64,000 bases of DNA, from positions 1 to 64,000 of the forward strand of contig NW_003314410.1 of assembly GCF_000143415.4 (NCBI RefSeq), given 5' to 3'. Source of the stretch: Selaginella moellendorffii. Lineage: Eukaryota; Plantae; Lycopodiophyta. Both the position numbers and the translations under genes were made by a program. The notes beneath the pieces were generated by a model. It was not told the origin of the DNA. It saw nothing but the letters and a program-made list of their open reading frames with translations, and did not search any database. The number at the start of each line of letters is the position of its first letter. The first letter of the stretch is position 1. Below, in pieces: positions 36,201-48,474 of this stretch.

Positions 36201-37498
36201 GAACCTTACGACCTGTTACACTATCATACAGCGGACAATCCCCCCGAACCGACGTTAGTCCGAGACCAAGCTGCCTGCAGATCAAAGCCGAAGGGTCCGC
36301 TCTTCTTTCCGCATCAGCTTCTACACCTGTAATAATGCTAGCTCCCAAATCTACCGGCACTGAAAACGTCGAGCGATCAGTATACACTCGACCGCCAACT
36401 CTATCCCGAGCCTCAAGAATCATTACGTCGAAGTTCATACGCTGCATATGCCTCGCGGCAACTAATCCAGCCGGACCACCACCTACAACTATAATCCGTT
36501 TCCTATCATGGCCCTTCTCCCTGTCACTTGAAACATCTGCGCTGCCATCTATATCCATTGGTGTTGTGGCATCTGAAGCAGGAATATGTCCGTTTTCCTG
36601 TACTTTGTGGATGAAGCCCAAGGGTTCATCCCCTGTCCCTTCCCTGAATTCTTCACCCTGTTGTTCTTCGAACTTGACTCTTTTCACGATGCCAGTGTTA
36701 ATGTATCCCTGAAAAGCTCAAGAACGTTACTACTTTTGAAGAAACTAGAAAAGGCTTCGGACGCTTACGTGATAGTCTAGAAACTCATGAATGTTTCGGA
36801 CAAGTCCAGCTCGAGGCGGTTCGTTGAGCTGCGCTACCTCACTCACGCCACAGTCCGCGACAGTCAAATGGCGCCGCACATCTTTCGTCCACAGCTGCAA
36901 TATAAAGTTCCTGCAGCAAAGCTTGCAGACCAATAAGCCTTCAGCAGTAAAGCAGCCGAGAAAAACAGCACAGTTACCTGCATTCCAGATACTCGGCAAC
37001 CTTCGTCTTGCGCTTCACAACCTCTTTGAAACGAACCCTCTCGGTGGAGCTGAGCTGATCCGGCTTCAAGCCCACGGACACGGCCGGAAAAGCCTCACAC
37101 TCTTGCTGAGCCGGCATCTTGTCCGCGCTCCCCATCAAAACCTCGAAGTCGAGTTCTCCGCTAACATCCCTCTTGCGCTTCTTATACTCCCTCAGAGGCT
37201 GCGTCGCCTTGAGCACCGGCAAGACGCTCTCCTCGAGCTCCTCCAATTTCACCTCGTCCGGCTGCCTTCCATCACTGCCTTCTTCCGACTTAACCGAGTC
37301 GCTAGCGGCCACAACCACGTCCCCGTCCATCCTAGTTTCCACCTTACCCTCGAAAACCACGGTAGCCGAGCTCAATCTCTGCTCCATCACTTTGCCCCCG
37401 GAGATCGATTCCAGAGCCGGTGCGGCGTCGTCCCCGGCCTCGTCGGGCGAGGCGGCCGCCACGGACTCGCCGCATGCACACTCGTGCTCCTCCATCAT
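33240..37498 (-). CDS. LDL3: Lysine-specific histone demethylase 1 homolog 3 (SWIRM + amine oxidase + TFIIS-N + SRI-like)
   Basis: AVSVGLK...E...FKEV.KRK..V.EYLECR, IIVVGGGPAGL, LEARDRVGGRV, MDWHFANLEYGCAA, FFAGEATCKEHPDTVGGA, YVVHLLTPLYKTRKI. Confidence 0.95.
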
Positions 37499-39342
37499 GG
37501 CCTCAAAACCCTAAAAAGGAAGAGGAGGTCGCCTGGCACCTCAGAAAAGAGAGCTGCCATCACCGCCGCGCTCCCGGCAGCTCGAATCGAAACCCTCGTA
37601 CCTGGATCTCGGGCCGCCGCGGCTCTCCCCCGCATTCCTGTCGCGACGAGGAAGCCCTAGAGCTCATTGCCCAGGGCGGAAATCCGCGGATCGATTCCCG
37701 TGACAAAACAAAAACAGCCGGTGACTATTTCTGCTTAACCTAATCTCCCGGATGTACGGACACTTTCTAGAGGCGTACGGCCGTGACTACCACCAGGAGG
37801 AACTTTTCGTTGGACAGATCGACGGATAAGAGGGGTTCGTCGGGCTTCCAATGCGATTGGCACACGTGGCGGAAGGAAAGCGCGCGCCCGAGGGCGATAA
37901 GGTGGCCACTTTTCCTCCCCTGGATGGATGAGGTTATGGAGATTTTTCCATCCACTTTTAACTAGGGTTTGAGCGGCGTACGGAAGAATTCCTAGGTGGG
38001 GAATGGGACATTTTGTCAGCGAGGGGGACGTCTCAGTCTCCGCCCAGAGAGAGCGAGAAAGAAAGAAAGAGTGAGCTTTGATTGATAGATCAGAGAGGAG
38101 ACAAGTAAGAATGGGGCTAAACAACTCATCAGAGTGGGGTCGAGATCACGCTAGAATTTCAACGCCAATCCCGCAAATGCCGTTTCGTGGCAAATTAGCC
38201 CATCTCTGCTGCAAATAAACTGTGGGCCGCGTCGAGATCACCACTTAATGCTCTCTCATTTCGTCTCGCCCGTCTCTCTGAAAGCCCCTGACCCTGACTT
38301 GCGCGGAATGGCGCGAGCTGATGATGATCAGGTAAGGGCGAGAGACAGAGCACCCTGCAACAAGCAAGAAAGCAAAGAATCCATCAATCAACGCAGCAGC
38401 AGCAGCGGCAGCGGCAGCAGGACTGATGAAATCCATTTGTTTTGACGTTTGCATGCAGGGGGCGCTGTTTTGCTCGTCACAAAGCCCACACAGCAGACGA
38501 ACGAAGAGGGCATCCAACAGCGACATCTAACGAGCCAATTTTTTCCAATGCAGAAAAATGCAAACTTTGAAAAGAACACAGAGAGAGGGAAAAAGTAGGA
38601 AGAAGAAAAGGTGGCGGGCAGAAAATGAAAGCCAAGCCCTTTGCATTCAAACACCCACCACCATTTCCCCATTTCTTAGTCCGTCCCGTCCCACGCCACG
38701 TTGTTGGTTGTGGTCGGCCGGCCCCACGAGAACCAGATGCCTCGATGATATACCATAAAGGTGGCGGGCAATGAAAACACACTTAGGTTTCAAGAACTTA
38801 TTGGGGCAGAGGGTGGTGAGATCTCAGTGAACTGAGTCTGTACAACACAACCATTAGACAAAAGGGGAAGAAAAACCAAATATCTTATCATTTTGGTTCC
38901 CTTCAAGCTTCAGTGCCCTTGGGCAGTGGGCTGCATTTTCCTGTGCTTCTGTAAACGAATGAGAGGTTAGCACTTGTATGGATCTTACAGGCGATTCCTG
39001 GAAAAAGAAAACGTTGATTTGTATACTGGGGCCGATTCCTGTAAATTGACTGCAGCGCAATCGCGGCCGTCGGATGGCGGCATATGCGACGAATGTGCGC
39101 CGAGCTCGATGGCCCTGGCAATTTCTTTATGGGAAAAAGAGGACCCAGAAGAGAGAGAGGGAGAGGAAAGGAGGGGCATGAAGACAGGAGAACGAAAGCA
39201 AAAGGATGAGAGGGATTCACAAACTTAATTCATTGCAGGGAGAGAGAGAGACAGAGAGAGGAGCTGAAGAGAGCGAGGCAGCGAGATGAGAGGAGCTGAA
39301 GGAGAGCGATGGCAGCGAGATCAAGCGAGAAGTTTACAGAGC

Positions 39343-39367
39343 AGAGAGAGAGAGAGAGAGAGAGAGA
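39343..39367 (+). repeat. (GA)n microsatellite upstream of the COL gene; (GCT)n follows at ~39528-39550
   Basis: Visible dinucleotide and trinucleotide runs. Confidence 0.9.
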
Positions 39368-39778
39368 TATTGGAATTGTCGTGTCCTTGCCCCTGGCATT
39401 CTTGATTCTTCATTCTAGAGTAGCTCTCCTTTTCCTGGCATTTTGATCTAGAACCAAGGATAGAGAGGTACCTCTTTGATCTGTTTTTGGAAATGGAGCT
39501 ACTTGCTCCAAGATTTGTCGACGCTACTGCTGCTGCTGCTGCTGCTGCTGATCCTAGAGGCTTGGAACTTTCGAGCTTGCTCCAGCGCACTGGGCAGCAA
39601 TTGGGATCCAACTCTAGGGGCCTGTCAAGTCCCGAGAGGTGTTGAGAAGAGAAGGGAAGATCTTACCATGAGCCGCCGGCGCCTAGCGATGATCCGGAAG
39701 AAGCTAAAGTAGTCTCCTCTCCAGCGCACTTCCTTGATACTTTCGTACACAATTTCCTTTAGGGGCCATCGACCGAGG

Positions 39779-42430
39779 ATGAATCGCTGCGCGACGACGT
39801 CGCTTCCTCCAGCGGTCTCGGACGAGGAGGAAGATCTGAGGAGCAACAGCAGCACCGCCTCGGTGGTGTCCTCCTCCTCGTCCTTGCATCTCCATCACCA
39901 GGCACAGCTCCAGCAGCCAACTCCAGCTCCGCAGATGGCCGCTCTAGCCAGCTCTGGAAGATCGATCCGCAGGAAGAAGAAGCGCGACGATCTGTGCGAC
40001 GCATGCAAGGCCAAGAGCGCGCTCTGGTTCTGCCCCGCCGACGATGCCTACCTCTGCCACTCCTGCGATCAATCCGTGCACTCGGCCAATGCTTTCTCGC
40101 TGCGCCACGAGCGCGTCAGCCTTCAAGTGGAGGCCGTGGAACCCGTGAAGACGAACTCCTCGGCCGCCTCCAAGAAAGAAGAGGATGCCTGCCAGGAGCA
40201 GGAGAAGGATTCGTGGGATTCTTGCGGCAAGAACAAGCGGCCGCGCCGAAATATCTCCTTCTCCTCCCCAATCTGCAAGAACAACAGGATGATCAAGCCT
40301 TTGGACGAGGAGACGACGTCGCAGCGCCAGGTTACCGGTGAGAATGAGTCGTCCAGTCCATCGCAATCGCCAGAGGGCTCCAAGAACTGCAACAGCCGCG
40401 AGGAAGGGGAGAATCGCCGGCGAGAAGATCAACACGAGGAGGAATTGGCGCACACGGTGCCGGTGTTCGTCCAGCCAGTGGAGCCGGATCGATCGAGCGA
40501 GGAGGACAAGGAGCAGCATTCGCACTCGCCAGCGTCTGGAATCGCGACGGATCTGGGAGATTGCGACGAGGAATCCGACGATGCCGGCGACATCGATCGC
40601 TTCCTCAACGCGGATCACGTCCTGTCCGAGGACGACGATTACTCCCATCCGCAAGAACACAAGAGAGAGGGCCACGACCATGCCGAGCAAGGGCGAGGCT
40701 TGATCGTGGCGCCCACGGCCGCCACGTGCGAGGATCTCAACGGCCTCCTGGGCCTAGGGAGCAATTCCCTGGAGGAGCTCGTGGACGACGATGGTGACGA
40801 TGACGACGAGCAGCGCTTCGACTTTGCGATCCGGAAGAACCAGGCGATGCGCAAGCAGCAGCGCATTCCAGAATTCGGCAACCTGGGGATGGACGGCAGC
40901 GATGGTGAGGGTGGATTCCACCGCGGGAGGGTCAAGGCCGAGGAGCACGACCCCTACATTGTAGGGCTTGGGGAGGAGGAATTTCTCAAGCCATGCCGGG
41001 AGGGCATCCTGGGCGAGATTTTAGGGCTCAAGCTCGGGGAGAGCTGCTACGACCGCGATCTCCAGCAGATGCACGCCCAGCATTTGCAGCGCCGGATTTG
41101 CCTCCGCCTGGATTACGAGGACGTGCTGAATGCGTGGTCGGATCGGCGGCCATTTCTCACGGATTCCAGCTCCGCGGCGATGGCGGCAGCGGCGGCGGGG
41201 CGAATCAATCATCAGATGCCAGAGGACTCGACATCCGACGCTGCAGTAAGTGTTCTTCCTCCTCGCTTTCTTGGGTTTAGGGTTTAGTGGTGCTCTTTTT
41301 TTTTTTCCTTTGATTTCCAGTAATTGTTCTTCCTCGGCATTAGCAGCGAATCCCGCATGAACAATTGTTTTATCGTTGATTGAAAGTCTCAACTTTCTCT
41401 CTTCGTTTGTTTAATCTTTCCTTTCCCTCTTTTCTTTGTTTGCCTTTGTTTAGTGTCCGAGCTTTTGTTTGGTAGCCAGTAGCTCAGTTGCTCGTTCCCT
41501 TGCTGTTGCATATTCAATTCTTTGTCAGCTCGTTTAAACATTTTTACTGGATTGCTCGCGATATGGTGTCTTGTTGTCAGCAGCCTCCGATTTGACGGCG
41601 TGATTTTTCTGTCGTTGAAAGTTTGTCCTGTTCTCCTCGTCTGGAAAGCTTTTCTCCCTCGATCTTGAGTTTCTCGTCGTTAGAAGCTCCTTTTCGTCCT
41701 ATGCTTTGCTCGTGATTGCTTATGCTTATCTTAGTCTTTGATGTGGTTATCTCGTTTTTCCAGCTTGTTCGGGTCTTTGTGTTTAATAGTTTTCCTGTGA
41801 ACTTTTACGTGTCTGTGATCTCTGGATTTGATGGTGTGGTTGTTTGATGCATTTGAAACAGGGCAGCTCGGATGTTGGTGTCGTTCCAGACTTGAGCAGT
41901 GCGGCGAGCCGGCGAAGCGGACGGCCGTGCGCGGTGGAACAGGCAGGCCGAGTGCCAGTGGTGACGCGCATGGAGCTCCACGACGGGCCAAATGCGGAAA
42001 CACCAGGAGGAGGAGAAGCGGCGGCAGCAGCGATTGGAGCAATGGCAGCAAGCACAGGAAGCGGAGGACGCGAGGCACGGGTGTCCCGCTACCGCGAAAA
42101 GCGTCGGACTCGCCTCTTCTCCAAAAAGATCAGATATGAAGTCCGCAAGCTCAATGCCGAGAGGCGGCCTCGGCTCAAGGTTCGTTTCCGTCCATCACGT
42201 TTGCTTGCCTTTCTGTCGTCTTTGTTTTGCTGGTCTAGTTTCTGGTTTGATCTTAGCTGGCCGCTTTTGTTATAGTTGGGTTGTCATGTCCGATCGTGAG
42301 TTGTTCTATCGTCCTCGTTTTCGTGTGGGTTTAAGGCTGGTGTTCTTCCTTTTCGTTCCGGTTTCAAGTTTTAAAGTTTCCGGTTTCTACTATGCAGGGT
42401 CGTTTCGTGAAGAGATCGCCAGTTGGTTGA
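39779..42430 (+). CDS. CONSTANS-like B-box/CCT protein, single-B-box group (COL6/COL16, BBX14-17-like); exons 39779-41245, 41862-42179, 42398-42430
   Basis: [98 protein letters not shown]. Confidence 0.93.
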
Positions 42431-42912
42431 AGTGCGAGCAGTCGCGCTCATGCTTGTCACCGTCATCTCCCTCGGCTGTGATGAAGCGAGCCAATAACTT
42501 CTCCCTTCGTGATCGAAAGGAGACAAAAGTGCCGCCGCTGCGTGCTCAAAAGCTCGCTCTGCTGCTCTTGGAGATCCAACAGCGGAAAGCAAAAAAAAGT
42601 GACAAATAACTTTAACTCTGGCCGCGGGAAGCGAAGACGACGCGCCTCGACGAGGGGCTCAGTGCACTGCTGTGTTTGTACAGACGAGGAAACAATCCAT
42701 TGGCGTGAAGACTGTGAAGTGGGAACACACTCTACGGAATGTTTTAAGAGCCACCTCCTGCAGCAAGGAAGAAAAGAAAACTCGACGTCACCAAAGCATG
42801 AACTCACGCTTACATCAGTCCAGTCACTGCTGCTACTGCTGTGCAGCCTTGTCCATCTAGAGCTGTGTAATAAAAATCCTGGCCTTTTCTAACAAATGCC
42901 TCTGGTGATCAG

Positions 42913-45331
42913 TCATCTTCCAGCCTGCAAGAGGTTTTGATGTCAACAATTCGCTAGAAAAAAGAGACAAAAGAAACCAAAAAACAAGACGCTTCTTTAC
43001 CGCTGATGATATAGAGTCGCGGTTTGAAGGCCCGGATTCGCTCCTTCTCCCTCCGGCTGAAGCGTCAGAAGGCCGCCTATACGGAGACATGGACCTGGAC
43101 AGTGTCCCCGAGCCCAGCTTGCTCAGTACGTAGTCTTCTTCTCTGTTCAAAGGGAGCAAGCCACTGCTCATTGATCTCACTCTGCACACGCAAGCAATGT
43201 GGGTGAGGCGAAAAGATAGAAAAAGTTATTCTCCGGCACCTTGCCCATGGTGGCAAAAAATACGCTCTGGTGGATCTTCCTGGTCTGAACTGTACGAGCT
43301 GCTTCAATGTCCGCGGGGAGATCACATAACTATCTGCATGCCGTATGTTAGAGGAGAGTCAAGTGGTCGCTCTCGCCTTTCTTCCTTAGCTCCTTTACTT
43401 TAGTTTTGCGCAGATAGTGTCGTGGTACCTGGATATTCTGCATAGAAGCTGTGGGGGAACCTGAGAGAAACCAGCAAGGAAAGTCACTTAGATACTGGCA
43501 AAGAACGAAAACCGAGTAACTCACTTTCCACGAGCTTTCAACTTCTCCCTTCTTGCAGTGATGCCGCGGAGGTAAGTCGTCTGACCAATCTCAAGCATTT
43601 TATGTCTCAAAAGGACATTCTCTCTTCGTAGCCTTGCCAATTCACCCTCTTTCAAGCCTCCTGGAACACAAAAACCCCTTAGGCAATATTTTTTAAGTCC
43701 CCTAAGGCTGGCACGCACCTACCACCGTGTGTTGATAGTTGCGAGCTTTCACTGGATCAATTCGCAGCATCAAATACATTTTCTTGTCTAGATTACCAGC
43801 CTGAGCTCAGAAAACTTCATCGCAAGTGAGGTATTCGTGAGCAAGAAGTTCAAAGGGATTACCGAATAAACATCACTGTCGAGATGCATCAACGTCCACC
43901 ACAAACCAGTCTCTGGATATCTCACGTTGCAGTCCGCCAATGCACTTTGGATTGAGCAGATAAGGTTCCTCCTGCAACGAAAAATCACAACTTCAATCGG
44001 AATGACATTACACCGAAGAGTACTCACGCATGTGCATAAAACAAGCAGAAGCAAACGTAACGATTCATGCAGGTTTGTGCACGCCCAGGCGTTGCACTGC
44101 AAGACACACAAGAGGACTTAGTCATTAGGAGATCGAAAACCAAGGGAAGAACGGACTCACTGTGCCACAATCTCGTTGATCGTTTTAACGGTGTCCAAAA
44201 ACTCCTCCACGCTCACAAAATCATGGAGGTGCTCACTAAAATACAAGTCCGAAGGATCAAAGATGCCGCCGGTAACGCACGAGCACGTCCCTGCAAAAAC
44301 ACATTCCCCGAATCGTCCCTGTAATTTAATAAGCAGCAGGATGGAGCAAGCAACAACACAAAAACAAATATAAAAACTTCCACCAGACAAAGTGGCACTC
44401 ACCTCCAGGATCAGCTCCAACAAACTGTGAAGCGATGATGATGGGATCATCGATGTCCGGAATGTCGCAGTCGTCTTGATACGGTGCGAATTCCGTTTGA
44501 AGCATGCCTGCTCCTCGTTTCCCACCATACTTCACAATTAGCTCCCTCAGCAAGAAACAAGGATGCACGTACTCGATTGGCCGGTCACACGTCGGGCATC
44601 TGGATAAAGCAGCCAGCAAACGAAGTTCTCACTCGCAATGTCAAACAAAAGAAAAAAAGAAAAGAAAAAAACAAAATCAGCAAGGAAGAACAAACAAAAG
44701 CTATCAGCAAAACAAGGTCTAGCAGGACCTATGAAAAAACCAAAAGATATCAGCAAAAAGAGTTCTAGCAGGAGAACAAAAGCTATCAGCAACCAAAGTT
44801 CTAGCAGGAGAACAAAAAATACCAGCAAAAAAAGTTCTAGCAAACAAAAGCTATCAAAAAACAAGTTCTAGCTATACTGCTCACAAGGGACAAGCACCAA
44901 ACTAAATTCTAGCTATCTCTCACGAGATCAAAGTAGAAGAAAAATCAAGTAACAGTCTCTCACCCTTTGGATCTGGTGAAGCTGTTTTGGAGGCATCGCG
45001 CACAGAATACGTGCCCACACCCGGTCTCCACCGCGTGCTTGAAGACCTTGGAGCACAAAGGACAGTTCAAGAACCTTACATTCTTGTCGCCGCGCAGAGA
45101 GATGCTCGACTTCCTCACGGACGACGATCGCGATCCTCGAGCTGGCGTTGCCGACCCCGCCAATGGCGATGCTACCGCTACTGGCGATGCTGGCACTGCT
45201 GCTGAGCCCGATGCCGATGCCGAGGCCTCCGGCTTGGATTCTCCCTTCTTGTCACCGCCGCTGACGCTGCCGATCCTGCTACTCCTGGTGCTGCTGTTGG
45301 CGGAGCTCGGCCTCTTGGTTGGATTCTCCAT
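42913..45331 (-). CDS. RING-HC (C3HC4) protein with a GOLGA7/ERF4-like domain; ~11 exons, 3' exons uncertain
   Basis: CPLC...CGHVFCARC...CPTC, then HLHDFVSVEEFLDTVKTINEIVAHA...CFCLFY...IQSALADCNVRYPETGLWWT; splice sites join in frame. Confidence 0.7.
44693..44873. repeat. Degenerate ~35-40 bp tandem repeat (~5 copies) in intron 1 of the RING gene
   Basis: ACAAAAGCTATCAGCAA...GTTCTAGCAGGAGA recurs. Confidence 0.85.
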
Positions 45332-45620
45332 CGCTAATTCGCTCTCATCGATCGAGCTCCAGCTGCCGCCCTCCCCTCCAAAGAGGAGTCACGCCCTTCG
45401 AGTTTTTAGGGCAAAGACAAACGAGTCCGTTTAATTTTAAAAAACCCTAATTGGCGGGAATTCAATTTCTTTGTTAGTTTCCAAAAAGCAAAACCAGAAA
45501 AGCCGGATTTTTTCCTTTCTTTTTGCCGAGAGAGCAAACGAGCGAGAAGAAGTTCTTCTTCTCCTTCTTCGTCCTCTGGAGAGAGAGAGAGAGAGAGAGA
45601 GAGGAACAGCAAAGTGAAAC

Positions 45621-48253
45621 TTAGCTCTTTGGAGTGGCAGTTCTTTTGATCTTGAGCCGGACATTTGGCGTGTGCATGTGTTGCCGTGTATAGAACTCGG
45701 AGAAATCCAGCCGGAAGGACAAGAACTTGAGATCGACGTGCTGCTGGACGGGGAGCTGGGCGATAAATCCTTCCAGCAGCGACGAGTACTCGGCAGCAAT
45801 CGCCACCATCTCTTCGCCCATGGTGGCAAAAAACTCGGTGGTGTGCTGCTTGGTCGCGTTTCTACCCCTGAGTAAACAAGCCAGGAAAGGAACTTAGAAA
45901 ACCTCCATCTTCGAGCACCAGCGAAGGAAGAAAAGTATTTCACGTACCTGGTCTGGACCTCTCGAGCATTCTCGTACAGCCGATCCGCGAGGCCTCGGAA
46001 GCGCAGGATGAGATCAAACAGCGTGAAGAGCGTCTTGGACAGCAGCTGGGATCGCTCTCCGAGCAGCGCCTTCTCCATGATCGATCCCAAGTACTTCTCG
46101 TGAGCGGCGATCAGCTCGTCCAGGTCGTGGGCCTCCTCCATCTCTTCCAGAAAGTTGGCCCACGAGTACTCGAGCACCTCGAACATGATGTAGTACTGGA
46201 GGTTCGTGACGAAGTGGTTCATCTCCGTCCGGAGAGTCTGGCACCGCCGCAGCACCGCAACCAGCTGCGACTTCACGGCCGCGTCCACGACGCTCGTCCA
46301 CGGCCGCCCGAGCGAGCAATTCGGTTTCATCGTCTGCCAGGTCGCGCTCAGTGCGTGCTCCACTCGCTTGAGCCTCCAGAGGAAGTTGAAGATACGAAGG
46401 TAGCTCCCCATGACTTGCTCGGTGAAGATGGTCGTCAGGGGGTCCCTTGCGTTGTACTCGAGAGAGAAAACGTCCCAGCCTCGGTCTCCGTCGCCGTGAG
46501 GCATCATCTTTACTCTCAGCCGGTCGAGAACTTCGGTGTCGTCATACTGTGCATTCAAGGCTCGGATGGCGCTCTCCAAAAGCCCCGCCAGCTTGAATGA
46601 GCTCACGGTGTTTGCCGGCTGCGAGAGGTCGGGTCCGACGAGATCCATCAGATACTGAATGAAGTCCCCTTGGCCCAGTAGAAGGTACCTCTTGATAGCC
46701 AAGCAGTGGTCTCGAAACTTGTAACGCTCGTATATGATCTTGATGACGTGACGGTCGATCCTTCCGGCTGCCTCGACCACCAGAGTCTCGAGAACTTCCG
46801 TCTCTCCGTATCCCAGGCTCCCCGCATTGGCAGAAGCTCCAGCAGCCGCCAGAGCCTCCGCGGCCTCCGTCGCCCACTGCTGGTCTTCGCAGCAGACCCG
46901 CAGAAAGTTGATGGACTTCCCCGTTCTCAGTATCCTCTGAGCAAGCGGCTCTGGAATGAAAGACGGTAGCATTCCACTCTGCAAGCTATATCCTTCCCTC
47001 CACAGCGCCTCAGCCTTGACCGGTTGAGCCAGAATGAAAAATTCTCCATACAAGTCGTCCACTTCGCCTTCCAGCACCCAGCGTCTCACCATCTCGAACA
47101 AGGGAGAGCAAACTCTTCGCAGAAGCCGGCTCATGAAACTCCTCACCAGCGGGTCACCGTGCTGAGCGTGGGCGTGTATGGCTCCGGCCATGGCTCCCCC
47201 TCTCAAACACTTACAATCGTCAACCAGCACAGCCATCAACCTCATTCGTGCCAGAGGCTCGGCCAGCCACACCCACAGCCTCCGCAACGAGAGATAGTTC
47301 CCAACGCTCTTCCCGGTCTCTCCTACAGCCAGGAACGGTATCTGGTTGTGGAGTTGCGCCTCGAGCACGGCCATAAGTCGATAGTACTCGGATAGCTCCT
47401 CTTGTAGCGCCGAGCTCAGTGCTTGCCCGACCGTCCCAATCACTTCCATAGTAGCCTGCTCGAGCGTCTCGGAGATGTGCCCCTGGACGCGCTTGAAGAG
47501 CCAGCCAACCTCGCAGAGCCGCCGGACGAGCACCCTCGTCGCTCTTGGGATCCTCAAGCTCTCGTCCACGATGTATCCATCGGCCTCCTTGTCAAACCTT
47601 ACGTACCGGCCATCTATCCCCTGGCAAGCGTACAAAATGTCCCGGACAAGCGCCGCCTCGGAGAGCTCAAAGGATTCCTGTGTAAGATCGCCAAACTCTC
47701 GGAGAGCGGTGGCCTTGACGGTGTCCGAGTCCCTAGCAAGAACGAGCACTCCGCCACCACCACCACCATTTTGAGGTGCTGCTACAAGCCTCTCGTTCGT
47801 GGAATCCGGCAATGCTGGTAGCCCTCCAGCGGCAGCGTGGGCGGAGATTGTGGACGTGAGCGGCACCGCCGTGCCCCTCGTCTCGGCTCTTTCCCGCCGC
47901 TGGTCCTCCGCCACGGCCCTGAGAAGATAGAGTACCGCCCAGCGGTTCTCGATGCTGCCCGGGCCGCTCAGTGCCGCCAGGCGGCGGTGCAAATCCGCGA
48001 ACGTGAGGGCGTCCGAGGAGCGCCCCTCCATCACCAGCTGCCGCTTGATAGACTCGGCCATGGCCGCCTCGTCGCTGGCCAGCGACGACACAATGCGGGA
48101 TCCCACGATGCGCATTGCGTACCTGAAGGCTTGATCCGCCACAACGTCCAGATCGCCATCGCCGCGCTGCTGTTGCTGATGCTGCTTGGCCGCCGGGAAA
48201 ATCCGCTGGACGAGCTGCTTGACGAGACCAGCAACACCATCGCCGGCTTCCAT
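45621..48253 (-). CDS. GCP3: Gamma-tubulin complex component 3 (Spc98), 2 exons
   Basis: LVRDILYACQGIDG, HAQHGDP, ILRTGKSINFL, IKRYLLLGQGDF, GWDVFSLEY, YLRIFNFLWRLKRVE, LKFLSFRLDFSEFY. Confidence 0.95.
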
Positions 48254-48474
48254 CGCCCAGAGACGAAAAGAGCTTCGCCCTAGCCCTAGAACCCAAGCTG
48301 TGCTACATTCCCGCTTCTTTACGTTATCCTGCTGGGAATCGAAACCGTGCCTCTGGAGTTTTAAGCTGCTGGGATTCGAAACCCCGACGTCTGCCCTAAA
48401 ATTTTAGTTCTTCCTCTTTCGCGAGGGAGCATTCGTGGCGCTAGGGTTTTTGGCGCTCGTGGCGCTGCGTGGCG

